From: Scyliorhinus canicula
Taxonomy: Eukaryota
Direction of reading: 5' to 3'
DNA: 64,000 bases
Assembly (NCBI RefSeq): GCF_902713615.1
Contig: NC_052161.1
Location: forward strand, 20,552,579-20,616,578
Part shown: piece after piece, positions 61,357 to 64,000 of the stretch
Position numbering within the stretch: position 1 is the first letter of the stretch
Layout of the letters: every line of letters starts with the position of its first letter
Translations under genes and position numbers: made by a program
Notes under the pieces: model-generated
Told to the model about the DNA's origin: nothing
Seen by the model: only the letters and a program-made list of their open reading frames with translations
The model's database searches: none

Positions 61357-61802
61357 TGTCATATTCCTTGCCTTTTCTCCAAGATAGCCAGATATGTAGT
61401 GATGCCAAAGAATATAAAAATAAGAAGTTTGAATCAAAACAAATTTAATTAACACTACTAAACTAAATGAAGTTCGCCACTCTACGTTGTTAGATACTAA
61501 ACTAATGATATTGAATCTGTAGTACAGCAATCAATATTCTATCTAACTATTAAACTACGCTATAACTTGACCTTGTGCTATATATCTCTATTCAACTTTC
61601 ACTCTGCTCTCATCATGTTCTCTTCAGCTTCTCCCAGAATTCCTAGAGATGCTTTCTTATATACAGTGAATTAGTAACACCATCTAATGTTTGATTTACA
61701 CATAGTTTCAGATGTTAACCCTTTACTATACTGGCACTATACATTTGATTTACACATAGTTTCAGATGTTAACCCTTTACTATACTGGCACTATACATTA
61801 CA
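61357..61802. mobile_element. Solo LTR inserted in L1
   Basis: TGTCAT...ATTACA ends and 5-bp flanks GGGGC/AGGGC. The L1 sequence resumes on both sides. Confidence 0.7.
61690..61797. repeat. Exact 54-bp tandem duplication
   Basis: TTTGATTTACACATAGTTTCAGATGTTAACCCTTTACTATACTGGCACTATACA, two copies. Confidence 0.95.
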
Positions 61803-62880
61803 AGGGCGACCTGCAACCCCAGCACCTCGGACATTACGTCCGCGAACCCCTGCCAAAACCGCTTCAGCTTCGGACATGCCCAAAACATGTGGACGGAATT
61901 CGCGGGCCACCTCACACATTGCCCACACCTACCATCTACCCCCTCAAAAAACCTACTCATCCTTGCTACTGTCATATGTGTCCTATGGACTACTTTAAAT
62001 TGAATGAAGCTTGACCTCACACAAGACAAGGACGCATTAACCCTCCGCGATGGACGGGGAGAAGGCATTTGACTGGGTGGTGTGGGTGTATTTGTGGCAA
62101 GTGTTTGGGCAGTTCGGGTTCGGGCAGGGATTTGTGGACTGGGTGGCAATGTGCGAGGTGGCCCGGCTTCCACCTCCCTTTCCAGCTCCTCCTCCACCAG
62201 GGTCCCCTCCCAATCCATCAACTCCTTTTAGGCCTTGATCACCTTCCCTTCCCCCATCTCATCCCTCGACAGTAACTTATCCTACAACCCCAGAGGCGGC
62301 TGCCCAGCAAAGGACGGCACCTCTCTCTTTACAAAATCCCGGACCTGCGGGTACCTAAAACCATTCCTTCTGGGCAGCTCGTACTCTTCCTCCAGACCCT
62401 CCAACCTTGCAAACCTGCCCCCAATGAATAGGTTTCCAAATTGCCCGATCCCTGCTTGTTGTCACCCCCAAAACCTCACATCCAACATCCGCGGAGCAGA
62501 CATATGGTTGTCACAGATCAGTGCCCACTCTGAGGCACCCCTCCAGTCCCAAAAGCAGCCTCCACTCCCCCACACCCTGAGGGCCAATACCACCACTGGG
62601 CTCAAGGAGTACCTGGCCGGCAAGAATGGCAGAGGCACTGACAACAAAGCCCTCAAACATGCTCCCCTACACATCCCACCTCCATCCAACCCCACCCTCC
62701 CCCCTCTTCCTTCCACACACACACACACACCATTTCCTAACAATTGCAATGTTCACCGCCCAGTCGTAGTTCACCATGTTCGGCAACGCTAAACCAACCC
62801 CCCCCCACCCCCCGCTCCAGGAAAACCCTCCTGTCTCGCGGTGTCTTCCCCGCCCACACAAACCCAGAGATCAGTGCATT

Positions 62881-64000
62881 AACATAGAACATAGAACAGT
62901 ACAGCACAGAACAGGCCCCTTGGCCCGCGATGTTGTGCCGAGCCTTGTCCGAAACCAAGATCAAGCTATCCCACTCCCTGTCATTCTGGTTTGCTCCGTG
63001 TGCCTATCCAATAACCGCTTGAAAGTTCCTAAAGTGTCCGACTCCACTATCACAGCAGGCAGTCCATTCCACACCCTAACCACTCTCTGAGTAAAGAATC
63101 TACCTCGGACATCCCTTCTATATCTCCCACCCTGAACCTTATAGTTATGCCCCCTTGTAACAGCTACATCCACCCAAGGAAATAGTCTCTGAATGTCCAC
63201 TCTATCTATCCCTCTCATCATCTTATAAATCTCGATTAAGTCACCTCTCATCCTCCTCCGCTCCAAAGAGAAAAGCCCTAGCTCCCTCAACCTTTCCTCA
63301 TCAGACCTATCCAAACCAGGCAGCATCCTGGTAAATCTCCTTTGCACCCTTTCCAATGCTTCCACAACCTTCCTATAGTGAGGTGACCAGAACTGCACAA
63401 AATACTCCAAATGTGGTCTCACCAGGGTCATGTACAGTTGCAGCATAACCCCACGGCTCTTAAACTCAAGCCCCCTGTTAATAAACACTAACACACTATA
63501 GGCATTCTTCATGGCTCTATCCACTTGAGTGGCAACCTTCAGAGATCTGTGGACATGAACCCCAAGATCTCTCTGTTCCTCCACATTCCTCAGAACCCTG
63601 CCGTTGACCCTGTAATCCGCATTCAAATTATTCCTACCAAAAATGAATCACCTCGCATCCTATCAATGTGTCTCTGCAGCCTACAACAGCCCTCCACCTC
63701 ATCCACTACTCCACCAATCTTGGTGTCATCAGCAAATTTACTGACCCACCCTTCAGCCCCTTCCTCCAAGTCATTGATAAAAATCACAAATAGCAGAGAA
63801 CCCAGCACTGATCCTTGTGGCATACCGCTGGTAACTGGTCTCCATTTTCCATCCACCACCACCCTCTGTCTTCTATGTGATAGCCAGTTACTTATGCAAT
63901 TGGCCAAATTCCCCTCTATCCCACGCCTCCTTACTTTATTCATGAGCCGACCATGGGAAACCTTATCAAACGCCTTCCTAATGTATACGACATCAACTGC
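62881..64000 (-). mobile_element. CR1 (HER1-like) LINE 3' part
   Basis: [43 protein letters not shown] and FFTQRVVRVWNGLP, with a (TTCTATG)n tail. Confidence 0.95.

Larger units (their letters stand above)
60885..62880 (-). mobile_element. L1/Tx1-like LINE 3' region with nested insertions
   Basis: GLALPN..NY.WA.N, RRVNASLSC, FKVVHR, HMFWACPKL, FAFASLIARRRILL.W and LKLEKVKF, with an A-rich tail near 60890. Confidence 0.9.

Noticed and set aside
1-64000. Prokaryote-style novel system (CRISPR, retron, defence operon)
   Set aside because: The DNA is vertebrate-like. There is no repeat-spacer array or operon, and all RT motifs belong to LINE or LTR families.

Overview
Eukaryotic, repeat-dense DNA. 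The HE1/V-SINE, SacSINE1-like DeuSINE and HER1/CR1 content points to an elasmobranch (shark or ray); this is inference from repeat families, not a database result. There is no prokaryotic gene, operon or CRISPR array, and no host protein-coding gene that I recognise. Most ORFs in the track are decayed transposon ORFs or spurious GC-rich frames. The window holds: many tRNA-derived SINEs (three head/tail combinations); LINE fragments (CR1, Rex1/Babar, L1/Tx1-like, L2, RTE); Gypsy pol remnants and solo LTRs; a Copia-type protease remnant; a decayed Harbinger (HARBI1-like) transposase; a hAT/Charlie element; and GC-rich MITEs with GGG..ATTCTCC termini and 3-bp TSDs. Best candidates for follow-up are (1) a short dispersed element carrying an intact minimal type I hammerhead ribozyme (21698-21734), (2) MITEs carrying a 30-bp-arm palindrome of paired CRE and NRF1 motifs, (3) a phase-compatible chain of candidate minus-strand exons, and (4) an octamer/TAAT-rich enhancer-like block. 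Family names come from motif recognition by eye. Boundaries are approximate unless a TSD or TIR is quoted.
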